NCBI GenBank assembly: GCA_045863235.1
Contig: BTUM01000032.1
Span: forward strand, 1-64,000
Direction: 5' to 3'
Origin: Candidatus Xenobia bacterium
Lineage (GTDB): Bacteria > Vulcanimicrobiota > Xenobia > Xenobiales > QWHO01
Length of the DNA: 64,000 nucleotides
The notes beneath the pieces were generated by a model. It was not told the origin of the DNA and searched no databases. It saw only the letters and a program-made list of their open reading frames with translations. The position numbers and the translations under genes were made by a program. Every line of letters starts with the position of its first letter. The stretch's first letter is position 1. Positions 23,466 to 32,394 of this stretch are shown piece by piece.

Positions 23466-23532
23466 CCCCCCCTGCGGGAACGCTGTATCCTCGCTCCCTC
23501 TGGCAGTTTAGACCCTGCATCAAAGAGTCCGC

Positions 23533-24183
23533 TCAGCGAGCCGGACGCTCGTCTTCCCGGCTCAGAGGGCCTGTGAGGTGGTAGGCCAGAATGGCCAGTT
23601 CGTGGGTCATGTCCACGTTGCGTACGACCACGTCGGGATGCCCAAGATTTGAACCGGTGAAATTCAGCAGCGCTTCCACGCCCGAATCGATCAGCAGCTT
23701 GGCCACCGTGCGGGCTCCCGAGGGCGGCACTGCCAGGATGCCCAGTTTCAAACCCAGCGGGCAGGGGAGGTCAGCTATGTCTCGGATGGTGACTCCGTGC
23801 AGGCGTTTGCCGATCTTTTCGGGAGCCTGATCGTAGATTCGAACAATGCGAAAGCCCCAGCGGGAGAAGCCAGGGAAGTTGGCCAGAGCTGAACCAAGGT
23901 TCCCGGCCCCCACGAGCACGACGTCATGGTCCTGATCGAGCTGCATGATGGCAGCGATGCGGTCGAGCAGATCGGCCACCGGGTAGCCCAGGCCCTGAAT
24001 TCCAAATTCGCCGAAGTGGGACAGGTCCTTGCGAAATTGAGAGGCCTTCACACCGGCCAGGGACGCCAGTTCTTCACTGGAGACGATCTCCTGGTCGGCC
24101 TCTTGGAGCTCGACCAGGCATCGGAAGTAGCTCGGCAGTCTCGCGATGGTAGGTTCAGGTATCTTGTCACGCCTCTCTGACAT
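23533..24183 (-). CDS. rex: Redox-sensing transcriptional repressor
   Basis: IPEPTIARLP.Y, SSEELA, RKDLSHFGEFG..G.GY, GAGNLG. Confidence 0.92.
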   Translation of the reverse strand: MSERRDKIPEPTIARLPSYFRCLVELQEADQEIVSSEELASLAGVKASQFRKDLSHFGEFGIQGLGYPVADLLDRIAAIMQLDQDHDVVLVGAGNLGSALANFPGFSRWGFRIVRIYDQAPEKIGKRLHGVTIRDIADLPCPLGLKLGILAVPPSGARTVAKLLIDSGVEALLNFTGSNLGHPDVVVRNVDMTHELAILAYHLTGPLSREDERPAR

Positions 24184-24200
24184 GGACCAGGGGCCATTCC

Positions 24201-25067
24201 TCAAGAGGCAGCCTTTACCTCTGCCCGCAGGCGGGCAGCCTCGACAACTTGCCAGAGGAGCAGAGCCGTGGTCACCGGGCCCAGGCCCTCCTTCGGGGGC
24301 GAGAGGGCCGAAGCCACCAGGTTCACCCCGGCTTGCTCCACGTCTCCCACGACCTGACCGTCGGGTCCCAGGTTCGTGCCCACGTCCAGGACCACGGCTC
24401 CGGGAGTAACCATCGATGCGGTGACCAGTTCGGGCTTGCCGGCTGCCACGATGAGGATCTCAGCTTGCCTGGTCTCATAGGCCAGATCGCGAGTTCGCGA
24501 GTGGCACAGGGTTACCGTCGCGTCCTCGGCCAGCATGAGCAGAGCGAGGGGCTTTCCGACCACCAGGCTTCGTCCCACGATCACGACACGTTTACCGGCG
24601 ATGGGAATCTCGTAGTGATGGAGCAGTTCGACGCAAGCGGCAGCGGTGGCTGGAACGAAGAGCGGGTTGCCGGCCAGCAGGCGACCCAGATTGACCGGGT
24701 GCAGACCATCCACGTCCTTCTCGGGGGGAACGCGAAGATTGAGATGGAGAGAAGAATACTCTTCACTGACCGGAGCCTCCACGATGATGGCGTGAACCTT
24801 CGGGTTCTCAGCCAGCTCGCGGAGGTGCTCGACCAGCTCGCGTCCGGAGCCTGAAGCGGGCAGGGTGAGGAGCTGGGTCTGAATGCCTGACTGGGCGCAG
24901 GCTATCTCTTTGGCCCTGGCACGGAGGGCCGCGGATGGGTCGCTGGTTGCGTCGACAATCGCCAGGGTGGGCACGATTTCAATGGAGGTCAGGGCAGCAA
25001 CCTGCTGTTCGATGTTGCGGTGCAGGCGCTCCACGACCGGTTGCCCTTTGAGAATCCGTGCGGCCAT
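24201..25067 (-). CDS. folD: Divergent FolD-family methylenetetrahydrofolate dehydrogenase
   Basis: KDVDG.HP.N.G, GRS.VVGKP, TVT.CHS.T, DVG, GDV present; YxxxK and QLP motifs altered. Confidence 0.8.
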   Translation of the reverse strand: MAARILKGQPVVERLHRNIEQQVAALTSIEIVPTLAIVDATSDPSAALRARAKEIACAQSGIQTQLLTLPASGSGRELVEHLRELAENPKVHAIIVEAPVSEEYSSLHLNLRVPPEKDVDGLHPVNLGRLLAGNPLFVPATAAACVELLHHYEIPIAGKRVVIVGRSLVVGKPLALLMLAEDATVTLCHSRTRDLAYETRQAEILIVAAGKPELVTASMVTPGAVVLDVGTNLGPDGQVVGDVEQAGVNLVASALSPPKEGLGPVTTALLLWQVVEAARLRAEVKAAS

Positions 25068-25317
25068 GCAACCCTCTTTCGTTTTGAAATTTTCTTCGCC
25101 TTCCAGATCTTTCAAGTTGGGTTGAACGTTCCTCCCCGAGAAAAAATCGCCTGGTTAAGCCATTCATGTCGTTCGGTCAGGGTCCAAAAAATCTTGAAAA
25201 AAGTGCCGATCTTAGAAGGAGGAGGGGCTCGATTCAGGGAAATCCTTCAACGCGGTCAAACGGATTTTCGGGTCTTCGGGCGCGCCTGGGGACCCCCAAC
25301 GCAGTGGAGGTGAAACA

Positions 25318-25572
25318 GTGCCGCCTAAGAAGGAGACACCTAAGAAGGCCGATACCAAGAAACCGGCAGCCAAGCCCGCCGCTAAGCCAGCAGCGAAGCC
25401 GGCCGCCAAGCCCGCAGCCAAGCCCGCAGCGAAACCGGCAGCCAAACCGGCTGCCAAGCCAGCCGCGAAGCCGGCAGCCAAGCCCGCAGCGAAGCCAGCT
25501 GCCAAACCCGCAGCAAAGCCGGCTGCCAAGCCCGCCCCGAAAAAGAAGGGCACTCCTGCGAAGGAGATGTAG
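25318..25572 (+). CDS. Histone H1-like Lys/Ala/Pro nucleoid protein
   Basis: 84 aa with 14 KPAA repeats; GGAGGTG RBS; followed by a terminator. Confidence 0.85.
   Translation: MPPKKETPKKADTKKPAAKPAAKPAAKPAAKPAAKPAAKPAAKPAAKPAAKPAAKPAAKPAAKPAAKPAAKPAPKKKGTPAKEM
25360..25539 (+). repeat. 12-bp coding tandem repeat (14 x KPAA + KPAP)
   Basis: AARCCNGCNGCN units with synonymous variation. Confidence 0.9.
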
Positions 25573-25598
25573 AAGGTTTCGGTCTCCGAAATCTGCGG

Positions 25599-25640
25599 CT
25601 GAGGGAGCAGGGTCAGGGACCCGCTCCCTCAGTTGTTTTT
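25599..25640 (+). terminator. Rho-independent terminator
   Basis: CTGAGGGAGC...GCTCCCTCAG stem followed by TTGTTTTT. Confidence 0.75.
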
Positions 25641-26854
25641 CAAGCCTTGGCCGGGGCTGCCACCGTGGCCCGGATCAACACCAACGGCGTCATTTCGTCG
25701 GCATTGCCCTGAGGGTTGGGCTTGAGTGCTTCCACGACCTCTTGCTGACGGGACCTGTCCGACAGGTGGAGCACGTCCACCTTTCCGAGGTCATTGGCAT
25801 CCACGATGGCGCAATCAAGTCCGGTCTCTCTCTTGATCAACTGGACCAGCTCGTCGCCGCGGGCGGGACCGAGAACCACGTGTTTATCAAACGGGGGTAG
25901 TGTCCCCGTGCAGTCATCGATCACGGCCACTGCGCGACCGGCCACCCGATAGAAGTCCCCATCGCGGCGCCGGAGTTTTCCCAGCAGCCCGGCCGCAAAG
26001 GATAGCAGCATGCGAGTTGTACCCACCTCTTGAAAGGCCATCTCGAGGGCGTAGACCGACGAGAGGGAGGAATGCATGCCGAACATCCGGTTGAGTCGAC
26101 GCGCGAGATAGCGGGGCTTGATGTCCTCGCAGTAAACGATGCGACCCTGCATGATGGCCACAGCCGATTCGGCCACCGCAACCAGATCGCCCGGGCTGGC
26201 AACGCCCTGGGCATATTGTTTGACGATCTCGAGCAGGTCGTCACCAGGCCGCAGAAGTTTGGTCCGCAGCGGCACCACTCGACTGCTCGGGTCGGAGGAG
26301 CCCTTCTTCTTCGGCTCCTGGGCGGGTGTCGGGAGCTCGGGATGCTCATCCACAGTCTTGAAGCGGCTCAGATCGAGGAAGAGCTCCTCTCGCCGGTAGA
26401 TCATCGGCGTTCGACCGTAGTATTTGAAGAAAATGTCCAGGCGCAGCTCAGTCAGCGAATTGAGCACGGTGCGAATGTCGGGCGCCGTCAACCAGAGCTC
26501 CACCCAGACCTTGAGCTGCTCGCCCGGGACGATGGTAGAAGCATCCCAGTAGCCGTCTGAGCGCCACTTCAGGGGATTGATCAGACGGCAGACTGGCTGC
26601 AACTCGCTGAAGTGCTCACCGGCTGGCTGGAGGTTGGCGCTGGCGTCGATCAGCAGAGCCTGTTGCGGTCCATTGTTGATGAATGAGAACGAGAAGCGCA
26701 AGCAGGCATGCGAGTCATCAGCAATGAGCAGGGTGCGGTCGTCGAGCTGCTCGGCAGCCAGGCGAAGCCGGCAGTCTCCTCGCGTCTGACAAAAGAACTC
26801 GAAACCAGCCCAGCCTGCCAGACCTGCTAAACCGATCGCCCATAGCTTCAACAT
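25640..26854 (-). CDS. Membrane-anchored protein with C-terminal CofE-like (F420-0:gamma-glutamyl ligase family) domain
   Basis: N-terminal TM segment; PGD.VAVAES..AI.QGR, IDDCTGTLPPFD, AIVDANDLG. Confidence 0.7.
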   Translation of the reverse strand: MLKLWAIGLAGLAGWAGFEFFCQTRGDCRLRLAAEQLDDRTLLIADDSHACLRFSFSFINNGPQQALLIDASANLQPAGEHFSELQPVCRLINPLKWRSDGYWDASTIVPGEQLKVWVELWLTAPDIRTVLNSLTELRLDIFFKYYGRTPMIYRREELFLDLSRFKTVDEHPELPTPAQEPKKKGSSDPSSRVVPLRTKLLRPGDDLLEIVKQYAQGVASPGDLVAVAESAVAIMQGRIVYCEDIKPRYLARRLNRMFGMHSSLSSVYALEMAFQEVGTTRMLLSFAAGLLGKLRRRDGDFYRVAGRAVAVIDDCTGTLPPFDKHVVLGPARGDELVQLIKRETGLDCAIVDANDLGKVDVLHLSDRSRQQEVVEALKPNPQGNADEMTPLVLIRATVAAPAKA

Positions 26855-26954
26855 ATTGCTGCTCCGGAAGGAAGCCACCCATTGGGGGGCAAAGATCAAT
26901 GCTGTCGAGGGGTTTTCGGGTCGTCTCCCCATATCCTTCTGGAATCGAGCAGGG

Positions 26955-28565
26955 ATGGTTCGTCTTTACGGAAGCTATAACGGGCGTTACTTCATCGCTC
27001 AGTTCCCTGGCGAGGTGCGCATCCACCGCGGCAGCGCCTTCCAGTGGACCCGTCCTGTGGCCAACGTTCGCGAAACGCTGGCAGTCGGGAACAATGGGGA
27101 GGTGTTCTTTCGCACCGAGTCCGGGGTTTTCGTACGCCTGCCCTATGATCGAAATGCACAGCTCACCAAGGTGGAGTTGTTCCGGGCTCGCCCGGAAGAG
27201 AATGTGCGGCTCGGGAAGCTGCGCATCAATGCTGATGGGCGCGAGTTCTGCTATGAGAAGATTCAGCCTGAGAAGCGCCTCAGCGAGAAGATCTTTCGCC
27301 TGTTGGGCAAGAAGGACAGCGATGGCGGGGGAGCCAGCAGCCACTCGCTGAACCTGCTCAACCCCCGCTCGAGCGAGGCTTTGAGTTTCTTCTCGGCCAC
27401 CCTGACCCCCGGCAAGGACGATCGCTTTCTGTGGGAGGTCTCGCCCTATTTCATTTACCTGGTTGTAGCCCAGACCGAGAAAAAGGGACTGGTCTTCCAG
27501 GTCATCAACATCCCCGATAAGGCGGTCACGGCCGAGTTCGAGATGGGGGTCCAGAACGTAACCCGCATCTTTGTCAACGATCAGGGCACCGTCATGCTCG
27601 AAGTCAAGCAAGAGAATGCCGTGACGCTGGTCATCGTGAGCGCCAATGGAAAGTTCCTTCTCGAGCCCCCCCCCAACTATCGGGTTCTCCATCTCGGACC
27701 AGACTGGGTGGCCTTTCAGACGATGGTGGACCCGCACATCATCGTCCGGCGTTTCGACAAGTCCCCGGTGGTCACGGCCGACCTGCGCCCGCTGGCCAAA
27801 CTCGGGGTCGAGTATCGGTTCCTGGTGAACGATCGGGGAGATCTCGACCTGGTGACCTTCGCCGAGGACGTCATGACCGTCCACAACACCGACTTTCGCA
27901 ATCTGGAAACGGATGCCAAGCGGTGGGAGCTGCTCGCTCGTCAGGCTGCCGCTCAGGAAGAGGGCAAGGTGGCCCGCAAGGCTATCGAGGAGCACCAGGA
28001 GAGGGTCGAGCGAATGGCCCGCGAGGAAAAGCAGCGCGAAATGATGACCGACATCCGGGCCTCGGCGCCGGTGGCCAGCCTGCCCCTCGAGTTGGAGCCA
28101 TCCAGCGAATGGCCGCCACGTCTCGAGCTCGGCCTCGAGTTGGAAGACCCTGCCCCGCGCGGCGCAGCCCGTGGCCCTGAGCCAGCCAGCATTCCCCTGC
28201 CCCTGGACCTGCCCGAGGAGACGCCCGCCCAGCTCAAGCTGCAGCCCCAGTCCCCCCCGGCCTCCCAGGCCCCCGCCATGTCCTCCGACGACATTGCCCG
28301 CGAGCTCGAGAAGCTCCAGATGCAGTACATCGCCGGAGAGATCGGGCGCGAAGAGTACTATCGGCGCAAGAATGAGCTCGAGTCAGCCCGCAAGAATGTG
28401 GCTGCTCGTCCGGCCGCTGCCCCCAAGATGCTCGAGATCGAGCACATCGAGAAGCTCGACGTTCCCAGGTCGGAGCCTTCGGCCGCGCCTCCCACACTCG
28501 GCAAAGGCCCGCGTTTGGAGCTCGGACGTTCACTGCGCCCCCCTCCCGGGGAAGATTCTCGCTGA
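26955..28565 (+). CDS. Hypothetical protein: beta-rich N-terminus, coiled coil, SHOCT-like motif
   Basis: ELEKLQMQYIAGEIGREEYYRRKNEL; start uncertain. Confidence 0.65.
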   Translation: MVRLYGSYNGRYFIAQFPGEVRIHRGSAFQWTRPVANVRETLAVGNNGEVFFRTESGVFVRLPYDRNAQLTKVELFRARPEENVRLGKLRINADGREFCYEKIQPEKRLSEKIFRLLGKKDSDGGGASSHSLNLLNPRSSEALSFFSATLTPGKDDRFLWEVSPYFIYLVVAQTEKKGLVFQVINIPDKAVTAEFEMGVQNVTRIFVNDQGTVMLEVKQENAVTLVIVSANGKFLLEPPPNYRVLHLGPDWVAFQTMVDPHIIVRRFDKSPVVTADLRPLAKLGVEYRFLVNDRGDLDLVTFAEDVMTVHNTDFRNLETDAKRWELLARQAAAQEEGKVARKAIEEHQERVERMAREEKQREMMTDIRASAPVASLPLELEPSSEWPPRLELGLELEDPAPRGAARGPEPASIPLPLDLPEETPAQLKLQPQSPPASQAPAMSSDDIARELEKLQMQYIAGEIGREEYYRRKNELESARKNVAARPAAAPKMLEIEHIEKLDVPRSEPSAAPPTLGKGPRLELGRSLRPPPGEDSR

Positions 28566-28568
28566 CAG

Positions 28569-29423
28569 GTGGCTCTCGAGAGCCCGACCGGTAACCCGCC
28601 CCTGCAGCGGCCCGGGTTGAGGCTTGCTCCCTCGAGCCGTCCGACAACCTCCGACCCCGGGGCCTGGCTCTGGCTCCTCTCCTGGCTCCTCCTGGCCGGC
28701 CTGGGGCCGGTCTTGCCCGGTCCTCTGCTGGAAGCCGCCCGCTTGCTCTGGGTGCTGCTGTTCTCGCTGGTCCTGCACGACCTGGGTCACGCTCTGGCAG
28801 CCGACCGGGCCGGAGATCCCACCGCTCGTATGCAGGGCCGGCTGCGACTCAGTCCCCTGGCCCACTTCGACCGCCTGGGCTCCTTTTGGCTGCCCTTGCT
28901 TTCGACAGTTCTCTCGTCGGCTCAGCTGGTGGTCGGCTGGGCTCGTCCCATTCCGGTGCGATATGAGTCTCTGCGCGACCCTCGTCAGGACGCACTCAGG
29001 GTCGCTGCCTGCGGGCCGCTGGTGAGTCTGGGACTGGCTTATCTCTGTCTGGTCGGCCTGGCCGCGCTCACACTGGTGCTGGGCATCCGGATGGAGCTGA
29101 ATCCCCCGGGAGGCGTCTGGACGGCGTCCGTGCTGGCCCCGAGCCTGGTCGGCTGGGAAGCCGTGGCCTCCACCCTGCGCTTTGGTCTGGCGGTCAATCT
29201 CGTGCTGCTGGTGGTCAACTGCCTGCCCTTTCTGCCCTTTGACGGAGGGTGGATCCTGAGGCTGATCACCCCCCGGCCGACCCGGTCGGTGATCGAGCGC
29301 TTGCAGGCGGTCTTGTTGCTCCTGGCGGTGGTCCTGACCCTGTTGGGGCGGGGTGGCTTTCTGCTCACCCCGCTGGGCGGACTCTGGAATCTCAGTCTGA
29401 GAACGCTCGAGGCTCTGCCTTGA
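28569..29423 (+). CDS. Site-2 protease (M50) homolog with HDxxH
   Basis: LHDLGH...GDPTA..QGRL.L.PLAH.D, GWARP, GPLVS, NCLP..PFDGG. Confidence 0.8.
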   Translation: MALESPTGNPPLQRPGLRLAPSSRPTTSDPGAWLWLLSWLLLAGLGPVLPGPLLEAARLLWVLLFSLVLHDLGHALAADRAGDPTARMQGRLRLSPLAHFDRLGSFWLPLLSTVLSSAQLVVGWARPIPVRYESLRDPRQDALRVAACGPLVSLGLAYLCLVGLAALTLVLGIRMELNPPGGVWTASVLAPSLVGWEAVASTLRFGLAVNLVLLVVNCLPFLPFDGGWILRLITPRPTRSVIERLQAVLLLLAVVLTLLGRGGFLLTPLGGLWNLSLRTLEALP

Positions 29424-30619
29424 AGCGCCTCTGCTGCGGCGACTGTGGTGCCTGGTATGGAATCGATCTGGCCTTCTGTCCCGAGTGCGGGACGCTGGGG
29501 GAGGGCCAACTGCCCGCTCGCCAGGAGGGGGCACTCCTGCAGAGCTCGGTCTCGACCTGGGCTCACTCCCTGCGCCGCGGGGTCGCCTGGGTCAACCTGG
29601 GGCCGCTGGCCTTTCTCAGCGCGACCGTGGACAGCGCCGTCTGCCTGGCCACCCGGCAACCGCCCTGGTCGGTGGCCTGGCTGAGTCCGCGGATCTCCTT
29701 CTCCAGGCTCCTGCCGGTGCAGATTTTCGGGCTCGACCTGGCTCGATTGGCGAGAGAGACCGCCTGGCTCGAGCAGGAGGGGTTCCTGCCCGCGTCCGAC
29801 TTCGTGGTGCCCGAGGAGGGTGCCCCCTGCTTCTACCGCCTGCTGGCCCGCCCGGGGGAGTGTACCTGGGCGCTCTTGACCGTGCCCCCACCCTCCTCGC
29901 CGGAAGCTCAGGATTGGGGCTGGAGCTTCCACAGCCTGCTGACCGGCAACCGCTCCCTGGCCAGTCACCCGGTGGAGCCGGTGGGGGAGGTGCCCGGACT
30001 CGAGGTGCTGGCCGTGCCAGGGTCCTGGCGCGACCGACTGGTTGTCCACCGTCAGGCTCTGCTGGCTCGAGGTCAGGCCCGACCTGTCGGTGACCTCCCC
30101 CGAGTGGGCTGGTTCTATCGGCACTATCAGCTCCTCACGGCCGGTCGAATCGCCTCGGGAATGGCCCGGGGGAGGCTGGTGCAGGCCCGGGGGGACAGCT
30201 ATCGCCCTCACTGCCTCCAGCATCCCTGGGCGCCTGCCGTGGCCGAGTGCCATTTCTGTCGCTTGCCTCTGTGTGATACCTGTGGCGTCAGAGAGGAATC
30301 CGTGGTCGGATGTGGCCTGTGTGCAACGCTCAAGCTCGAGGGCCCGGTCTCGAGGCCAGCCGGCCCAACGGTGGCCCGCCGAACCACCGGAGCAGCCCTG
30401 GATGCGCTTCTGGCCGGGTTGGTGTGCTTGCTGGCAGGGAATCTGACCCTGGCCGTGCTGCTGTTTCCCCTGGCCATGCTGCTGGTTACCTTGCTGGGCA
30501 GTCCCGGTCGTCGCCTGGTGGGCCTGCGCCTGCAGGGTGAACCCGACTTTCTCCAGCTCTGGCTGCTGGCCTGGACCTGTTCTGAGCCTCTCAGCGGCTG
30601 CGAAGCTCGAGATAGCTGA
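29420..30619 (+). CDS. Zinc-ribbon + B-box-like zinc finger + degenerate RDD membrane domain protein
   Basis: CGDCG..CPECG; CLQHP...CHFC..LC..C; RRTTGAALD..SPGRRLVGLR; TTG overlaps the upstream stop. Confidence 0.6.
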   Translation: MKRLCCGDCGAWYGIDLAFCPECGTLGEGQLPARQEGALLQSSVSTWAHSLRRGVAWVNLGPLAFLSATVDSAVCLATRQPPWSVAWLSPRISFSRLLPVQIFGLDLARLARETAWLEQEGFLPASDFVVPEEGAPCFYRLLARPGECTWALLTVPPPSSPEAQDWGWSFHSLLTGNRSLASHPVEPVGEVPGLEVLAVPGSWRDRLVVHRQALLARGQARPVGDLPRVGWFYRHYQLLTAGRIASGMARGRLVQARGDSYRPHCLQHPWAPAVAECHFCRLPLCDTCGVREESVVGCGLCATLKLEGPVSRPAGPTVARRTTGAALDALLAGLVCLLAGNLTLAVLLFPLAMLLVTLLGSPGRRLVGLRLQGEPDFLQLWLLAWTCSEPLSGCEARDS

Positions 30620-30989
30620 GCAGCTCGACCTCCTGGGCAGGGGTTGGCTGGAAGTCGATCTGGCCCGAGTGCCCGCGCCCTCCCTCGTGAGTCCAGCGCA
30701 CCGTTCCGTGCAGGCGCAGAGGGCAATCGGGCCGCAGCAAGATGAGCATGGTCAGCTCTTCGCCTGCAGTCAAACAGGTCGCGCTCTTGAAAAGCAGGCA
30801 GCGGGTGTTCATCTCCTGGGTGAACAGTTTGATCTCCCCGCCAGCCGGTCGCGGTACGTGAACCTGCAGCATTCGACTGAGCGAGTACATTTTCTCGGGA
30901 GTGGCCGCAGGCGCATCAGCCTTCTTGGGCGCCGATCCGAACCCCAGCCAGGTTGCCGTCCAACGGGCGATGTGGGTCATCGAAGTCAT
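30591..30989 (-). CDS. Degenerate PilZ-like protein
   Basis: L..GEEL, LRLHGTVRW, G.IDF pattern; c-di-GMP motifs absent. Confidence 0.55.
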   Translation of the reverse strand: MTSMTHIARWTATWLGFGSAPKKADAPAATPEKMYSLSRMLQVHVPRPAGGEIKLFTQEMNTRCLLFKSATCLTAGEELTMLILLRPDCPLRLHGTVRWTHEGGRGHSGQIDFQPTPAQEVELLSYLELRSR

Positions 30990-31060
30990 CCTTTCCAGTC
31001 GTCTACCGGATCAGACCGGCGGGGTAGGGGAACGTTACTCGGGACAGAACCTGATCCAGG

Positions 31061-31633
31061 ATGCAACTCCTGGCAATGCTTCTGCTCCTGGTTCTGGCCT
31101 GCTCTCCCGCACCCGCGCCTTCTCTGTCCACGACCTTCACGTATGACGATGGCCAGGGGCAGCAGGTTCAATTGCTGGGAAAGGAGGTAAAAGTGACCTC
31201 CCCTCACTTTGAGCCCCTCCAGTACAGCCTGCTCTCCGACAACCCGGCCCAGCGCGTGGCCGAGTTCGAACCGCGCATCGCGCAGGGTCAGAAGGCCGCG
31301 AGCGGTGCGCGCATCGGGGCCGGGCCGAACCAGGTGGCGGCCGACTCGGTGCCGGAGGCCCGAGTGGTGCTCGAGCAACTCTTGCCGGTGGCTGATGGGA
31401 TCGGCCCCGACTCGGCCTGGGTGGGGGGACGACTCGGGCGCCAGAGCGCCGAGACCGGTTTTTGGACCCTGACGGCGGCAGGTACCGTCTATGTGTTGAG
31501 CGACAACCCCCCGGCTGCCATGAAGGCGGGCGACCAGGTGGTGGTGACCGGTCAGGTGGATACCGACCAGATGAGCGCGGCCAACGCCGGGCCGGTCTAC
31601 AAAGCCAGCCAGTGGAGGGTCTGGAAACCCTGA
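31061..31633 (+). CDS. Hypothetical lipoprotein
   Basis: LLLLVLAC lipobox; C-terminal OB-like strand pattern. Confidence 0.6.
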   Translation: MQLLAMLLLLVLACSPAPAPSLSTTFTYDDGQGQQVQLLGKEVKVTSPHFEPLQYSLLSDNPAQRVAEFEPRIAQGQKAASGARIGAGPNQVAADSVPEARVVLEQLLPVADGIGPDSAWVGGRLGRQSAETGFWTLTAAGTVYVLSDNPPAAMKAGDQVVVTGQVDTDQMSAANAGPVYKASQWRVWKP

Positions 31634-32394
31634 ATCGCACGCGCCTCGAGTTGCCGGGGGGCAATTACCTGGAGGTGGCCCAGGCCGGCTCGGGGCCCAG
31701 CTTGCTCTTTCTGCATGGTGGAGCCGGCTCGATCTCCAACTGGCGATACCAGATGGCCGCCTTCCAGGCCGACTACCACGTTGTGGCGCTGAATCTGCGT
31801 GGACATGGAGGCTCTCCCTGGCCCGGTCCCTCCCACGTGGACGACTTCTTCAGCGACGTCCTCTACGCCCTGGACACTCTCCCCATGAGCCCGCGGTTAG
31901 CTCTCATGGGGCACTCCTTCGGAGGCTACCTGGCCACCCGGTTGGCGGTGACGCGCCCTGAGCGCGTCGCCGCCCTGGGCCTTTTCAACACGTGCGGTCA
32001 CCTGCCCAACACGCCCGCGTCCCGGTTCCTGCAGCTCTTTTCGCGACGCTCGGATCTGCTGCGCTACTTCTGGCCAGGGCGAGTCAACGCCGGTCCCCAG
32101 GTCACCTTCGAGCTGATGCATCGCACTTTGAAGGAGTGGCAAGCCTGGACGCTTTACAGCCAGCTCACCATGCCGGTGCTGGTCGCCCTGGGAGGGTGCG
32201 ATCTCTTGATCCCCCTCAAGCTGGGGCGGCGCATGGCCGGAGCCATCCCCCGCTGCCGGCTGGAGATCGTGGCCACGGCTGGGCACGTGCTCCCTATCGA
32301 GCGACCCGGGTTGGTCAACTCCTGGATCCGGGCCCTGCTGGCCGAGGCCTTCAGACCAGAGCCGGCTTGCGTCCCGCCAGGTTCTCCGGGTTGA
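31630..32394 (+). CDS. Alpha/beta hydrolase
   Basis: FLHG, LRGHGGS, GHSFGG, AGH; start uncertain. Confidence 0.85.
   Translation: MNRTRLELPGGNYLEVAQAGSGPSLLFLHGGAGSISNWRYQMAAFQADYHVVALNLRGHGGSPWPGPSHVDDFFSDVLYALDTLPMSPRLALMGHSFGGYLATRLAVTRPERVAALGLFNTCGHLPNTPASRFLQLFSRRSDLLRYFWPGRVNAGPQVTFELMHRTLKEWQAWTLYSQLTMPVLVALGGCDLLIPLKLGRRMAGAIPRCRLEIVATAGHVLPIERPGLVNSWIRALLAEAFRPEPACVPPGSPG

Noticed and set aside
25067..25318. Rex operator upstream of folD-rex
   Set aside because: No convincing TTGTGAA-N4-TTCACAA match
25212..25553. Minus-strand (AAGL/AAGF)n hydrophobic ORF
   Set aside because: Reverse complement of the KPAA repeat gene, which has the RBS and terminator
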